This document shows, piece after piece, positions 8,840 to 18,944 of a DNA stretch of 64,000 bases. The notes beneath the pieces were generated by a model. The model was not told where the DNA came from. It saw nothing but the letters and a program-made list of their open reading frames with translations, and made no database searches. Each line of letters opens with the position of its first letter. Within the stretch, counting starts at the first letter, position 1. A program made the translations under genes and the position numbers. Source of the stretch: Candidatus Saccharimonadota bacterium (lineage in GTDB: Bacteria; Patescibacteriota; Saccharimonadia; QS-5-54-17); contig JBJHCT010000002.1 of assembly GCA_050486185.1 (NCBI GenBank), positions 1,623 to 65,622 on the forward strand, written 5' to 3'.

Positions 8840-9763
8840 TTACTGACTTGTAAAGACCGAGTAAAGTGGCTCTTTTCTACTACCATCCAGACTATATAAG
8901 CCTAAATCAGCCCACTCCTCACCGGTTTCAGGTGAACCATACAACAAACCCCAAGATACGAACTGTACATTTCGACCATCGATAATCTCTGAAAAACGCT
9001 CATAAAAGGCAGCTTGAGATTCTCCAGCAGTACTATATCCTGATAAATAAGCCGGCAAATGAGTCCAACCAATCTCGGTAAAAGCTACTGGTATATCAAG
9101 CCTACTGGCAATATCGAAAGCCTGATCGTAGTAGTTACTAGGGATATCATTTAAGTTAGCGTATCTAGCAAATGGGTAGGAGGTTAGAGCTAGTAAGTCG
9201 ATTTTGAGATTATCTATCAACTCAGGCTCAAATCTCTCATACTGGAAAGTCGGATAGATGATACAGTCTGAGCACTCCGCCTTAATAGCATCATAGATAC
9301 CGTTATACGCACCTACAAATTCACTTTTGTGAGTCATCAGCTCTAGTTCGTTGCCTAAACCTATAAAAACAGGGTCATATTGCCTAACAAGCTCTAAATA
9401 GGCCTGTTTCAAGCCATCCATATCAGAAACACTACCACCGGCCATATTCGGTACTGGTAGGTCGTTATAGCCTAGCTCAAATCCAGCCCTGATAACTTCT
9501 GGAACCTCACCATCTAAAGAAGGAGCGTTAAAGAAACTTAAACCTACCTCATTAGCTCTTTGTAGATCAGTAGCAAAATCATCATGAAACACAAAGCCAA
9601 CACCGCTAGAGGTATTTAAATACTGTTTTCTCAGATCATTATCACTGCTTTTTATATCCAAAATAGAATCTGAAGACTTTCGGTCCGAAGTAATTACAAC
9701 AATAGTAGCTACTACAACCGATATAGCTAAGATTGCGAGAATGATAATGGCTAGTTTCTTCAT
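8840..9763 (-). CDS. Membrane-anchored putative glycoside hydrolase, TIM-barrel clan GH-A-like (GH5/GH26/GH113-type)
   Basis: N-terminal TM anchor. A GLGNELEL (NE acid/base-like) motif and a later FTEIGW (nucleophile-like) motif at the spacing expected for clan GH-A. Confidence 0.35.
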   Translation of the reverse strand: MKKLAIIILAILAISVVVATIVVITSDRKSSDSILDIKSSDNDLRKQYLNTSSGVGFVFHDDFATDLQRANEVGLSFFNAPSLDGEVPEVIRAGFELGYNDLPVPNMAGGSVSDMDGLKQAYLELVRQYDPVFIGLGNELELMTHKSEFVGAYNGIYDAIKAECSDCIIYPTFQYERFEPELIDNLKIDLLALTSYPFARYANLNDIPSNYYDQAFDIASRLDIPVAFTEIGWTHLPAYLSGYSTAGESQAAFYERFSEIIDGRNVQFVSWGLLYGSPETGEEWADLGLYSLDGSRKEPLYSVFTSQ

Positions 9764-9879
9764 TAATAAGCCCTACTTCAGCTTAACTATTAATAGTTAA
9801 GCATAGCTTTTGAGTATATACAAAAGCTAGTCTCTTTATTTAGCTCTATGTGAGGCGGTATTGTCTTAGATACTGCCTT

Positions 9880-10401
9880 TTATTTGTTCTTTTGCCACGG
9901 CTTGATTTGCTCAAACTCGCTACTAGGTATGATAAAGGCCTCATTCACATCTAAATCGTGATGGGCCCAGTCTTCTAGACCGACAGGCTTTTGAACAGCA
10001 TCATCTCTTCTAGACTTTACAGGCGGTACCCCACCATTTTGTAGTAAATCGATAAAGCTTTTCCAACGCTCCTCAATTTTATCTTTAGCAATACCGCAGG
10101 ATACAATAGTTTTAAAGCCATTCTCGGCGATTATATGAAATATATAGGTAGAGTTCTTGGACGCATCGCTTTCTGAGCCTTCAATAATTTCCTTAATACA
10201 AAGACCTATACCATTTTTTAACTGCCTACCAGTGCTGTGGTGGCTGTCCCAGTCATTAATGTAAACCTCGCAATTATCTGCTTCTGATTCATCTTCGGCC
10301 TCACTTAGGAAGGCAGCAAGGTTTCTTAATAACACCTCAGCAGTTTGAGTGCTAGGCGGTAGTTCTGGCCCATAAATATCTGGACTTGGTGTCTTTTCCA
10401 T
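9880..10401 (-). CDS. Hypothetical cytoplasmic protein (173 aa)
   Basis: ORF only; no recognisable motif. Confidence 0.35.
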   Translation of the reverse strand: MEKTPSPDIYGPELPPSTQTAEVLLRNLAAFLSEAEDESEADNCEVYINDWDSHHSTGRQLKNGIGLCIKEIIEGSESDASKNSTYIFHIIAENGFKTIVSCGIAKDKIEERWKSFIDLLQNGGVPPVKSRRDDAVQKPVGLEDWAHHDLDVNEAFIIPSSEFEQIKPWQKNK

Positions 10402-10489
10402 TCTTAAACTCTCCTCATGAATTGTATTTTTCAGTCATATTTATACCACCAATACTTATTTTTAGCAAATTTGCTACAATATATCCAAG

Positions 10490-11158
10490 ATGATGAGCAA
10501 CAGGAGCAAACAGCTTGATGCTACCGATAGGGTGCTAATCTGGACCCTAAAGATTATTAGGATTTTACTAGTTGGCTCGGTCGTTTTATCCTTACTGACT
10601 CTACACTGGATGGAGTTGTTTGTGAGCCTTACGGTGCTGGCTATGACTTATGTAGCTTCTGTAGTAGAGCGGTTGTATAAGATCAGGATGCCACTTGAGA
10701 TAGAGGCTTATATGGTGATATTGATTTATACCTCGATATTCTTAGGCGAGCTACATGGTTTTTATGGTCGTTTTTGGTGGTGGGACTCCATCATGCACTT
10801 TAGCGCTGCTATGGTCTTTGGTTTTATCGGTTTTTTGATCATGTATATGATCTATCATCGCCACAAGATTAAAGCTTCTGCCTCACTCATAGCCCTATTT
10901 GCTTTCTGTTTCTCTATGACGATTGGAGCTATGTGGGAGGTTTTTGAATTCATTATGGATCAGAGTTTTGATCTGACCATGCAGCCTAGCGGTTTTGATA
11001 CTATGGTCGATTTAATCCTCAACGCTATCGGAGCAGCGATCACCTCGGTAGTAGGTTACTTCTACATTAAAAGGGGTGAGATGAGCGTATTTCATCGATT
11101 AGTTAGCAGATTCATGAGAGATAATCCGCACATTGCTAAGACTGTAGCTAAAAAGTAA
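10490..11158 (+). CDS. Hypothetical polytopic membrane protein (222 aa, about 6 TM helices)
   Basis: Hydrophobicity pattern; Trp/Phe-rich loops. Confidence 0.4.
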   Translation: MMSNRSKQLDATDRVLIWTLKIIRILLVGSVVLSLLTLHWMELFVSLTVLAMTYVASVVERLYKIRMPLEIEAYMVILIYTSIFLGELHGFYGRFWWWDSIMHFSAAMVFGFIGFLIMYMIYHRHKIKASASLIALFAFCFSMTIGAMWEVFEFIMDQSFDLTMQPSGFDTMVDLILNAIGAAITSVVGYFYIKRGEMSVFHRLVSRFMRDNPHIAKTVAKK

Positions 11159-11207
11159 TTTAAAGCCAAAGATTTAAAATCTAAAATAGGTAAAAAGATA
11201 GGTGGTA

Positions 11208-11396
11208 TTAGTAGCGGCCATGCTCGGTCTTTTTCCAGACCCAGTAAGCGCTCCAGCCAGCACCGATCATGATCAATATAGAAGAGCCAAAAAACTCTAT
11301 GCCAACACTGGCAAGTAGGCGTAGCAATAGCCATAAAATAGTAAATACAGCTATAAATACAGCTATAGCTCGAAATTTAGCGTCAGTTAAATTCAT
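11208..11396 (-). CDS. Small membrane protein (62 aa, 2 TM helices)
   Basis: Hydrophobic ORF that overlaps an alternative 80-aa ORF; uncertain. Confidence 0.2.
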   Translation of the reverse strand: MNLTDAKFRAIAVFIAVFTILWLLLRLLASVGIEFFGSSILIMIGAGWSAYWVWKKTEHGRY

Positions 11397-11445
11397 GTGG
11401 TTTAGTATCCTTGAAAAATCGATCTAAGGCAACATCCTAGCATAA

Positions 11446-11928
11446 TTAAAAACGAGCTAGGTGCCTTTGGTGATTAGTGATACTAGAGCGTAAATCATCT
11501 GCAAAACTATCACTTAGGTTGTCTAAATCAAGCCTTTGTAAATTATCCAAACTATACTGCAGGTATTCCTCTACAGCCTCTTTGTAGATTTGATCTAGGT
11601 TCTCTCCGGCCTGATTAATCTCATCTACTGCCCAAGAGTCGGCTCTAGCCGGTGGGCTACCAAAATTGTCTCGGTAATGTTGGGATAAAACCTGGTAGTC
11701 ACTACTGGTAGTACTGAGTATGTTGGTAGCAAGTGATTGAGTATTAATATCAGACGATCTACCACTAGTAATATCACTGATTTCGATAATATTCACTTGA
11801 GCTTGCAAGCTGTTTCTTAAAGCTACTTCTTGGGGGTCGTCGCTACCTAAAATCATACTAAGTAGCCATAGAAATAAAGCAATCCCAAATACTATGCCGG
11901 TAATTACTAGTAATTTCGAAGTATCCAT
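11446..11928 (-). CDS. Hypothetical N-terminally membrane-anchored protein (160 aa)
   Basis: Single N-terminal TM helix then a polar domain. Confidence 0.4.
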   Translation of the reverse strand: MDTSKLLVITGIVFGIALFLWLLSMILGSDDPQEVALRNSLQAQVNIIEISDITSGRSSDINTQSLATNILSTTSSDYQVLSQHYRDNFGSPPARADSWAVDEINQAGENLDQIYKEAVEEYLQYSLDNLQRLDLDNLSDSFADDLRSSITNHQRHLARF

Positions 11929-11986
11929 AAGGGTGATTATAGCATTAATTGGCTAAAAACAGCCTGCACCATATATACTAAAAGAT

Positions 11987-13729
11987 ATGGATGAGGTCAC
12001 GGAAATTAAAGACCGCCTAGGCGTGGAAGAAGTGGTAGGCGAATATGTTCAGCTTAAACAGGCTGGGCGTAATTTCAAGGGTCTTTGCCCGTTCCATCAT
12101 GAGAAGACTCCTAGCTTCATAGTTAGTCCTGACAAGGGGATATACCACTGTTTTGGTTGCAATGAAGGTGGCGATATCCTTAGCTTTGTACAAAAAGTCG
12201 ATGGCTTAGATTTTCGTAGTGCTCTAGAAGTTCTAGCCCGTAAAGCTGGTGTAGAACTACCAGAGAAAACTGTCGGTAGCGCTAAAGCTAAAAAACGTAA
12301 AGACAAGGCCTACGAAATACTGTCTAAATCGGCTCAATACTACCACATACTACTTTCTAAAAATGACACCGCTAAAAACTACGTAATCAAAGACCGCCAA
12401 ATCAATACAGATACTATTAAAAACTTTAAATTAGGCTGGTCCCCGAATAGAAGTGATTCATTGGTGAGTTTCTTGAAAAAACAGGGGTATTCTGAATCTG
12501 AAATCGTTGACAGTGGCCTGGGAACTAATAGGCGTGGGTCTTTGAGCGATATGTTTCGTGGCCGCATTATGGTGCCTTTTATCGATATTCAAGGTAGAGT
12601 AGTTGGTTTTACGGGACGCATCCTAAAAGACGATGGTAATGGTCCGAAGTATCTCAATACACCTCAAGGACTAGTTTTTGATAAAGGTAGATTTGTCTTC
12701 GGCCTATACCAAGCTAAAGACAGCATTAGAGAGCAAGACGAGACAGTAGTGGTTGAGGGTAACTTAGATGTAGTTAGTTCTCATCAGGCTGGAGTAACTA
12801 ACGTAGTAGCTATGAGCGGTACAGCGGTAACTACGGCTCAATTAAAACAACTCACTAGGTTAAGTTCCAATATCACTCTAGCTTTTGATGCCGATGAGGC
12901 CGGTATTAAGGCTACTGAGCGAATTATTCCATTAGCTCAGGAAGTCGATGCTAACTTATATATCGCCACTATGCCAGAAGGCTCAGATCCAGATGACATC
13001 ATCAAACAAGACCTAAAGCGCTGGCAACAGATTTTAGCCGATAAGGTGTATGTTATGGATTGGCTGATCGAAGGCCTTAAAAGTAAGTATGACCTAACTC
13101 AATCTCAGTCCAAAAAGGATTTTACCACCCGCATTAGCTCTAGTTTGTTACGCCTTAAAGACCCGGTTGAAAGAGAACACTATATCGAGCAGGTAGCCTC
13201 ATTAGTAGGGGTAGCACCATCAGTTATAACCGATAAGCTATCTACCTCTAAACAACCTGCATCTAGTAAGCTAAAATCGGTCAATAAAGAGGCTGTCAAT
13301 AATAGTATAGTTCATGATGATATGAGGACGGTACTGGATGCACTCCTGAGTCTAGTGGTGACCTATCCAGATACTCGCAGTGCTGTAGATGATATCAAAG
13401 ACAGTCATTTACCAGAAAATATTATGCCTTTAATTGAATGGCTGAAAAAACATGAAGAGGATATATCTGATGTGCAACTACCCAAGAGATTGCAATCACT
13501 GGATAACTATGTCAAAATACTCCTATTAAAGGGTGAAGAAATATATGGGCCATGGAACGGTGTAGATAGGCAAGTAGAAGCCTTCAGCCTGGCCCACCGC
13601 CTAGAAGAATTACAAAACAAAAGATACAAACAACAACTTAGTCAGGAGATTGCTGCAGCTGAAGCTGCCGGTGATACCGATTTGAGACAGAAACTATTAA
13701 ATAAATATCAACAAGCTAGTAAATCTTAA
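11987..13729 (+). CDS. dnaG: DNA primase
   Basis: Zinc ribbon CPFHHEKTPSF...YHCFGCNEGGD. TOPRIM segment VVVEGNLDVVS...AFDADEAG. Conserved dnaG-rpoD order. Confidence 0.9.
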   Translation: MDEVTEIKDRLGVEEVVGEYVQLKQAGRNFKGLCPFHHEKTPSFIVSPDKGIYHCFGCNEGGDILSFVQKVDGLDFRSALEVLARKAGVELPEKTVGSAKAKKRKDKAYEILSKSAQYYHILLSKNDTAKNYVIKDRQINTDTIKNFKLGWSPNRSDSLVSFLKKQGYSESEIVDSGLGTNRRGSLSDMFRGRIMVPFIDIQGRVVGFTGRILKDDGNGPKYLNTPQGLVFDKGRFVFGLYQAKDSIREQDETVVVEGNLDVVSSHQAGVTNVVAMSGTAVTTAQLKQLTRLSSNITLAFDADEAGIKATERIIPLAQEVDANLYIATMPEGSDPDDIIKQDLKRWQQILADKVYVMDWLIEGLKSKYDLTQSQSKKDFTTRISSSLLRLKDPVEREHYIEQVASLVGVAPSVITDKLSTSKQPASSKLKSVNKEAVNNSIVHDDMRTVLDALLSLVVTYPDTRSAVDDIKDSHLPENIMPLIEWLKKHEEDISDVQLPKRLQSLDNYVKILLLKGEEIYGPWNGVDRQVEAFSLAHRLEELQNKRYKQQLSQEIAAAEAAGDTDLRQKLLNKYQQASKS

Positions 13730-13750
13730 GCTAAAAGATATCTAGATCAA

Positions 13751-13779
13751 TTATCAAACAACCTAGGCGTCAATAATGC
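13751..13779 (+). promoter_or_regulatory. Candidate sigma-70-type promoter for rpoD (TTATCA-17 nt-TAATGC)
   Basis: Hexamers at 13751-13756 and 13774-13779. Strong SD GGGAGG at 13798-13803, 5 nt before the TTG start. Confidence 0.2.
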
Positions 13780-13808
13780 AAAGTAAGTTAATTTAAAGGG
13801 AGGACATT

Positions 13809-14903
13809 TTGCCAAAAGCTAAAAATACCAATGCTAAGCCCAAGAACGATCCAGAAGAGGAGGCTTTAAAGCTACTTAAAAAGGGTCAGAGACAGGGCTA
13901 CATAGACTACAAAGAAGTAGTTAAAAAGATTGAAGACAAGGAAGACAATATCGATGTCCTAGATCAGCTGCACTCCGATCTAATCGATGCTGGTGTCGAG
14001 ATTATTAACGAAAAAGGTAGTACTTGGGAAGATGAGGATGAGGACGATAATGCCAGTAACTACATCGATGATATATCAGATGACTCAGTCCGTCTTTATC
14101 TGCGTGATATCGGTAAAACCCCCTTGCTATCTGCCGAAGAAGAGGTAGCGTTAGCTACCAAAGTGGTTAACGGAGATAAGGGTGCTAAAGATAAGATGGC
14201 CGAGGCTAATATGCGTTTAGTAGTCTCTATTGCTAAGAAGTATGTTGGACGAGGTTTAGATCTACTTGATCTAATCCAGGAAGGCAACACCGGACTCTTA
14301 AGAGCTGTTGAGAAGTTTGATCCTACTAGAGGGTTTAAGTTCTCAACTTATGCTACTTGGTGGATCCGTCAGGCTATTACCCGCGCTATAGCCGATCAAG
14401 CTCGTACAATCCGCATACCGGTGCACATGGTTGAGACTATTAATAAGTTGATGCGTACGCAACGGCGTATGACTCAGGAGATGGGTAGAGAGCCAACTAA
14501 TGAAGAGCTAGCTAAAGAGATGGAGCTTGAGATCGAAAAAGTCGAGTACATCATGAAGATCAAACAAGACATATCCTCACTTGACGCACCGGTTAGAGAG
14601 GATGAAGACGAGTCTAAACTAGGTGATTTCATCGAGGATGAAGACTCGGCTACTCCAGAAGAGACCGCTACTCAGCAGCTACTTAAAGAGCACGTCAACG
14701 TTATGTTGGATGTACTTTCTCCTAGAGAACAAAAGATTTTGAAGATGCGCTTTGGCCTAGAAGATGGCCGCACCCATACCCTAGAAGAAGTGGGCTATGA
14801 GTTCGGTGTAACCAGGGAGAGAATTAGACAGATTGAAGCTAAAGCTCTGGCGAAACTGCGCAAGAACAAAGAATCTAGAGAGCTGAAAGACTACTTAGGT
14901 TAA
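13809..14903 (+). CDS. rpoD: RNA polymerase primary sigma factor (sigma-70)
   Basis: Region 2 [51 protein letters not shown] and region 4 [26 protein letters not shown] start with SD. Confidence 0.92.
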   Translation: MPKAKNTNAKPKNDPEEEALKLLKKGQRQGYIDYKEVVKKIEDKEDNIDVLDQLHSDLIDAGVEIINEKGSTWEDEDEDDNASNYIDDISDDSVRLYLRDIGKTPLLSAEEEVALATKVVNGDKGAKDKMAEANMRLVVSIAKKYVGRGLDLLDLIQEGNTGLLRAVEKFDPTRGFKFSTYATWWIRQAITRAIADQARTIRIPVHMVETINKLMRTQRRMTQEMGREPTNEELAKEMELEIEKVEYIMKIKQDISSLDAPVREDEDESKLGDFIEDEDSATPEETATQQLLKEHVNVMLDVLSPREQKILKMRFGLEDGRTHTLEEVGYEFGVTRERIRQIEAKALAKLRKNKESRELKDYLG

Positions 14904-14973
14904 AACAACTCAACCTAGATCGTAGTTGAACCTTACTCGATAGGTGAGCCTAAAAGATATATACTAACTAAAT

Positions 14974-17538
14974 ATGAGTGAGCGGAAGAAACTGGCAGTA
15001 ATTGATGGTAAGTCAGTGCTATATCGTGGCTACTATGCCATGACCCATCTGGCTAATAGACAGGGTAAGCCGACCGGAGCGACCTATGGCTTTGCCATGA
15101 TGGCGCTTAAAGTGGTCAATGATATCAAGCCCGATTACGTCATAGTGGCTTGGGATAAATCAAAGACCAATACTCACTCAAGACGCAAACTCTACAAAGA
15201 CTACAAGGCCAATAGAAAGCCTATGCCAGAAGACCTGCGAGAACAGATACCAGATGTTAGAGATCTTTGCGAAGCTCTGTCTTGGCCTTTCTTGGAGATA
15301 GATGATTATGAAGCCGATGACATTATGGGCACATTATCAGAAGAGGCCAAGGGCCGGGGTTTAGACGTAGTCTTAGTTACTAGCGACTTAGATACACTGC
15401 AGTTAGTCAATGGCCATACCAGTGTTTTGGCATTAAAAACAGGTTTGAGTAAAACCATTAGTTACGATGAGGCCGAAGTCAAAAGAGAGTTTGGTATGAC
15501 ACCGGCTCAGTTCGGTGATTACAAGGCTCTTAGAGGCGATCCTAGCGATAATATACCGGGTGTAAGTGGTGTAGGAGAGAAGACCGCCAAAGAGTTAATA
15601 GCAGATTACGGCTCCCTAGATGAGGTGTATAAGCATCTAGAAGATATAAAGCCTAATCTAGCTGATAAGTTGAGGAAAGATAAAGACATGGCTTATTTAA
15701 GCCGTGACTTAGTTGATATTATTTGCGATTTACCAATAGAGCTAGATCTAAAAGCGGCCGATGTGAAGGACTGCCAACCGGCCAAGATAGAGGCGCTATT
15801 TAATAGCTTAGGCTTTCGTAGACTCAAAGATGAACTGCCTGAATGGATGAAACCAGAGGTCGGTCTGTTTGCCGATACTAGTGGTGAAAATTCTCAAGAG
15901 GCAGAAGTCGAAGCTATAAAAATCGAATCCAAGAGTGAAAATAATGAAAAGATTAAAGAAAAGCAGGCCTTGGTGGTTGTTTTGGATCAAAAAGTCCTAG
16001 TGAGTCCAAGCAATAAACAGGCCTACATAACAGATATCAATAACCTAGAGGCTGATAGTATCTTGGCCTTTCACGCCAAAGATGAGCTGAAAAAGCTAAC
16101 TAATAAACCAGAGGTAGACTTTGATGTGACTATTGCGGCTTTTGTGTTCAACCCATTACTGAGAAGACAGACTTTCTCTGAAGCTGCTCAAGACTCTTTA
16201 GGTTTAACGGTATCTGATATTGAGCGCAAAGACGATGTAGATTTAGAGTTAGCCGGTAAGCACTTGAGCTTGCTTTGGCAGATGATTAATCATTACAGAC
16301 AAGAGCTAGCAAAAACTTCCAAATTAGAATCGGTCTTAACTGATATCGAGTGGCCACTAATACCGGTAATAGCTAGTATGGAGCAACGAGGAGTGAAGCT
16401 CGATAGTAGCTACTTAGCTGACATGAGCCAAGATTTTACTGGCCGCATTGAAGAGTTGAGTCAAGCTATATACAAGCAGGCCGGTCAGGAATTTAATATC
16501 AACTCGCCTAATCAGCTGCAGGGAATATTATTTGAGAAGTTAAATATTTCTAGCGAAGGGATTAAGAAGACTAAATCGGGATTTTCAACCGGAGCTAGTG
16601 AGTTAGAGAAGCTGCGCATACTTCATCCAATTATCGATTTAATTAGCCACTATAGGGAATTGAACAAATTAAAAAGCACCTATATCGACGCCTTGCCTAA
16701 ATTAGTTGATGAAAATGGTAGGTTGCATACAACTTTAACCCAGACCGTAGCTCAGACGGGTAGACTCTCTAGTCTCAATCCTAATTTACAGAATATTCCT
16801 ATCAGAACAGAAGAGGGGAGAGCTATCAGACGCGCCTTTATAGCAGAGACAGGTAACACCCTAATTAGTGCCGATTATTCGCAGTTTGAACTAAGACTGG
16901 CTGCAATCCTAAGTGGTGATGAACAAATGATTGCTGCATTTAATAGTGGTTTAGACATTCACGTTCAGACCGCGGCTGAGCTATACGGAATCGATATTAA
17001 AGACGTTAGCAAGGAGCAGCGCTACAATGCCAAGGCGGTTAATTTTGGAGTCATGTATGGCATGAGTGCACACGGCCTATCGGTCTCTACCGGCATGAGC
17101 CGTGATGAGGCCAAGAACTTTATCGATAAATATTTTGATATTAGGCCTAAGCTAAAAGAGTATTTAGATAAATTAAAGAAAATTGCCAAGGAAGAGGGCT
17201 ATGTAGAGACTATGTTTGGTAGGCGCAGGCCTATGCCGGATATTAAATCAAGCAACTTTGCCGTTAGAAATGCTGCCGAGCGAGCCGCTATTAATATGCC
17301 ACTTCAGGGTAGTGCCGCCGATTTAATGAAACTAGCTATGGTAGAGGTGGATAAGCAGCTAGATGATGATTGCTGGCAGATACTGCAGATTCACGACTCC
17401 ATCTTGATAGAGTGTCCGAAAAGCAAAGCTGAGCAGTTAGCCGCTAAAGTAGAAGAGGTGATGGAGAATATAAAGCCTGATTTAGAGGTTAAATTAGAGG
17501 TAGATACTAGTATTGGTGATACCTGGGCTGACCTATAA
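14974..17538 (+). CDS. polA: DNA polymerase I (5'-3' exonuclease domain + polymerase domain; 3'-5' exonuclease motifs degenerate)
   Basis: FEN domain (GYYAM...DYKANR). Polymerase motif A LISADYSQFELRLAA, motif B RYNAKAVNFGVMYG, motif C QIHDSILIE. Confidence 0.92.
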   Translation: MSERKKLAVIDGKSVLYRGYYAMTHLANRQGKPTGATYGFAMMALKVVNDIKPDYVIVAWDKSKTNTHSRRKLYKDYKANRKPMPEDLREQIPDVRDLCEALSWPFLEIDDYEADDIMGTLSEEAKGRGLDVVLVTSDLDTLQLVNGHTSVLALKTGLSKTISYDEAEVKREFGMTPAQFGDYKALRGDPSDNIPGVSGVGEKTAKELIADYGSLDEVYKHLEDIKPNLADKLRKDKDMAYLSRDLVDIICDLPIELDLKAADVKDCQPAKIEALFNSLGFRRLKDELPEWMKPEVGLFADTSGENSQEAEVEAIKIESKSENNEKIKEKQALVVVLDQKVLVSPSNKQAYITDINNLEADSILAFHAKDELKKLTNKPEVDFDVTIAAFVFNPLLRRQTFSEAAQDSLGLTVSDIERKDDVDLELAGKHLSLLWQMINHYRQELAKTSKLESVLTDIEWPLIPVIASMEQRGVKLDSSYLADMSQDFTGRIEELSQAIYKQAGQEFNINSPNQLQGILFEKLNISSEGIKKTKSGFSTGASELEKLRILHPIIDLISHYRELNKLKSTYIDALPKLVDENGRLHTTLTQTVAQTGRLSSLNPNLQNIPIRTEEGRAIRRAFIAETGNTLISADYSQFELRLAAILSGDEQMIAAFNSGLDIHVQTAAELYGIDIKDVSKEQRYNAKAVNFGVMYGMSAHGLSVSTGMSRDEAKNFIDKYFDIRPKLKEYLDKLKKIAKEEGYVETMFGRRRPMPDIKSSNFAVRNAAERAAINMPLQGSAADLMKLAMVEVDKQLDDDCWQILQIHDSILIECPKSKAEQLAAKVEEVMENIKPDLEVKLEVDTSIGDTWADL

Positions 17539-17559
17539 CGTGCTATATTAATCTTAGGT

Positions 17560-18012
17560 ATGAACAAGATTAAAGAACTAGTTAATTCTAAGTTGTTTTG
17601 GCTACAAGTAGCTTTCGTAGTCTCCCTATCGGCTGCTTTAGGTAGTCTAATTTTAGAGTATGTTTTAAGTTTATTGCCCTGCACGCTTTGTTGGTGGCAG
17701 CGCATCTTCATGTATCCGCTACCGTTTATATTAGGGGCTGCCTTAATCCAGAAAAAGTTTGATGTTTTCTGGTACGCTTTCCCTATGGTAGTGGTAGGTG
17801 CTAGCGTTGCTATATTCCACTACAGTTTACAGATTCTACCTAGAGCAGCCGATGTTTGCGGACCTAGTATTATATCTTGCACCGAGAGACAGATAGATAT
17901 CTTAGGCTTTATGACTATACCGTTTGGGTCCTTGATAGCCTTTATCGCTATAGGTTTTGCACTAGTTATGCTCAAGCGAGCTCAAACTATCACTTCAGAT
18001 TCAAAAGACTAA
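17560..18012 (+). CDS. dsbB: Disulfide bond formation protein B (DsbB/BdbC family)
   Basis: 150 aa, 4 TM helices. CTLCWWQR pair in the first periplasmic loop and a second Cys pair (CGPSIISC). Confidence 0.6.
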   Translation: MNKIKELVNSKLFWLQVAFVVSLSAALGSLILEYVLSLLPCTLCWWQRIFMYPLPFILGAALIQKKFDVFWYAFPMVVVGASVAIFHYSLQILPRAADVCGPSIISCTERQIDILGFMTIPFGSLIAFIAIGFALVMLKRAQTITSDSKD

Positions 18013-18029
18013 AAAGTAACTATATAGCT

Positions 18030-18908
18030 ATGCCAGAACTACCAGAAGTCGAAACTATTAAACGAGGACTCGAGAAGGTATTGATCGGCCAATCTATCAA
18101 GAGTGTTGAGGTTCTTTGGTCTAACTCTATGTCGGTAGAAGAACAAGAAATAGCAGATAATATCATCGATGCTGAGATTGTCGGTATCACTAGACGGGGC
18201 AAGGTCTTAATCATCGATCTTAGCAGCCAATATAGCTTATTAATCCATCTAAAAATGACCGGACAGCTAGTGTTGGATAGCTCAGATAAACGCAGTTTCA
18301 CTAGGTTAGCCGGTGGCCATCCAACCAAGTCTTTAGCGGCTGATCTACCGGATAACAGCACTAGAGCGGTATTTACTACCAGCGAGGGGCATAGGTTGTT
18401 CTTTAATGATCAGCGCAAGTTCGGTTGGATTAAGCTAGTTAAATCAAAAGATATAAGCAGCCAAAAACTGCTGCAATTAATGGGCCCAGAACCTCTAGAG
18501 AGCAGTTACTCACTGAAAGAGTTTGCCGCTAAACTGTCTAAAACCAGTAGACCTATTAAGGCCGTCATCTTGGATCAGACTGTTGTAGCTGGGGTTGGTA
18601 ATATCTATGCTGATGAGGCGCTGCATTTAGCCAAGGTTCATCCCTTAAAACCCGCTAAGGATCTATCGCAAGCTCAGGTTAAACGTATATTCGAAGCTAT
18701 ACCAACAGTGATGCGCCTGAGCCTCGACTATGGTGGTACTAGTTTTACCAACTACGTAAACGCCAATGGTCTCAAAGGCGACTATTTAGCTAACGCCAGA
18801 GTGTTTCGCAGAGAAGATCAGAAATGTTTAGAGTGCGGGGTTGTTATAGAGAAGATAAGAGTTGCCGGTAGAGGCACACATATCTGCCCTAAGTGTCAAA
18901 AGCTCTAG
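18030..18908 (+). CDS. mutM: Formamidopyrimidine-DNA glycosylase
   Basis: N-terminal MPELPEVETIKRGL catalytic Pro2/Glu3. H2TH segment. C-terminal zinc finger CLECG...CPKCQKL. The true start is the ATG at 18030; the ORF track's 17877 start is an artefact. Confidence 0.85.
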   Translation: MPELPEVETIKRGLEKVLIGQSIKSVEVLWSNSMSVEEQEIADNIIDAEIVGITRRGKVLIIDLSSQYSLLIHLKMTGQLVLDSSDKRSFTRLAGGHPTKSLAADLPDNSTRAVFTTSEGHRLFFNDQRKFGWIKLVKSKDISSQKLLQLMGPEPLESSYSLKEFAAKLSKTSRPIKAVILDQTVVAGVGNIYADEALHLAKVHPLKPAKDLSQAQVKRIFEAIPTVMRLSLDYGGTSFTNYVNANGLKGDYLANARVFRREDQKCLECGVVIEKIRVAGRGTHICPKCQKL

Positions 18909-18944
18909 ATAGTCTAGATGAAATGTTAGATACTAGTTAGTGAG

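Noticed and set aside
17877-18029. The ORF-track start for mutM at 17877 overlaps the end of dsbB
   Set aside because: The first 51 codons have no Fpg similarity, and Fpg needs Pro2 after the initiator Met. MPELPEVE starts at the ATG at 18030.
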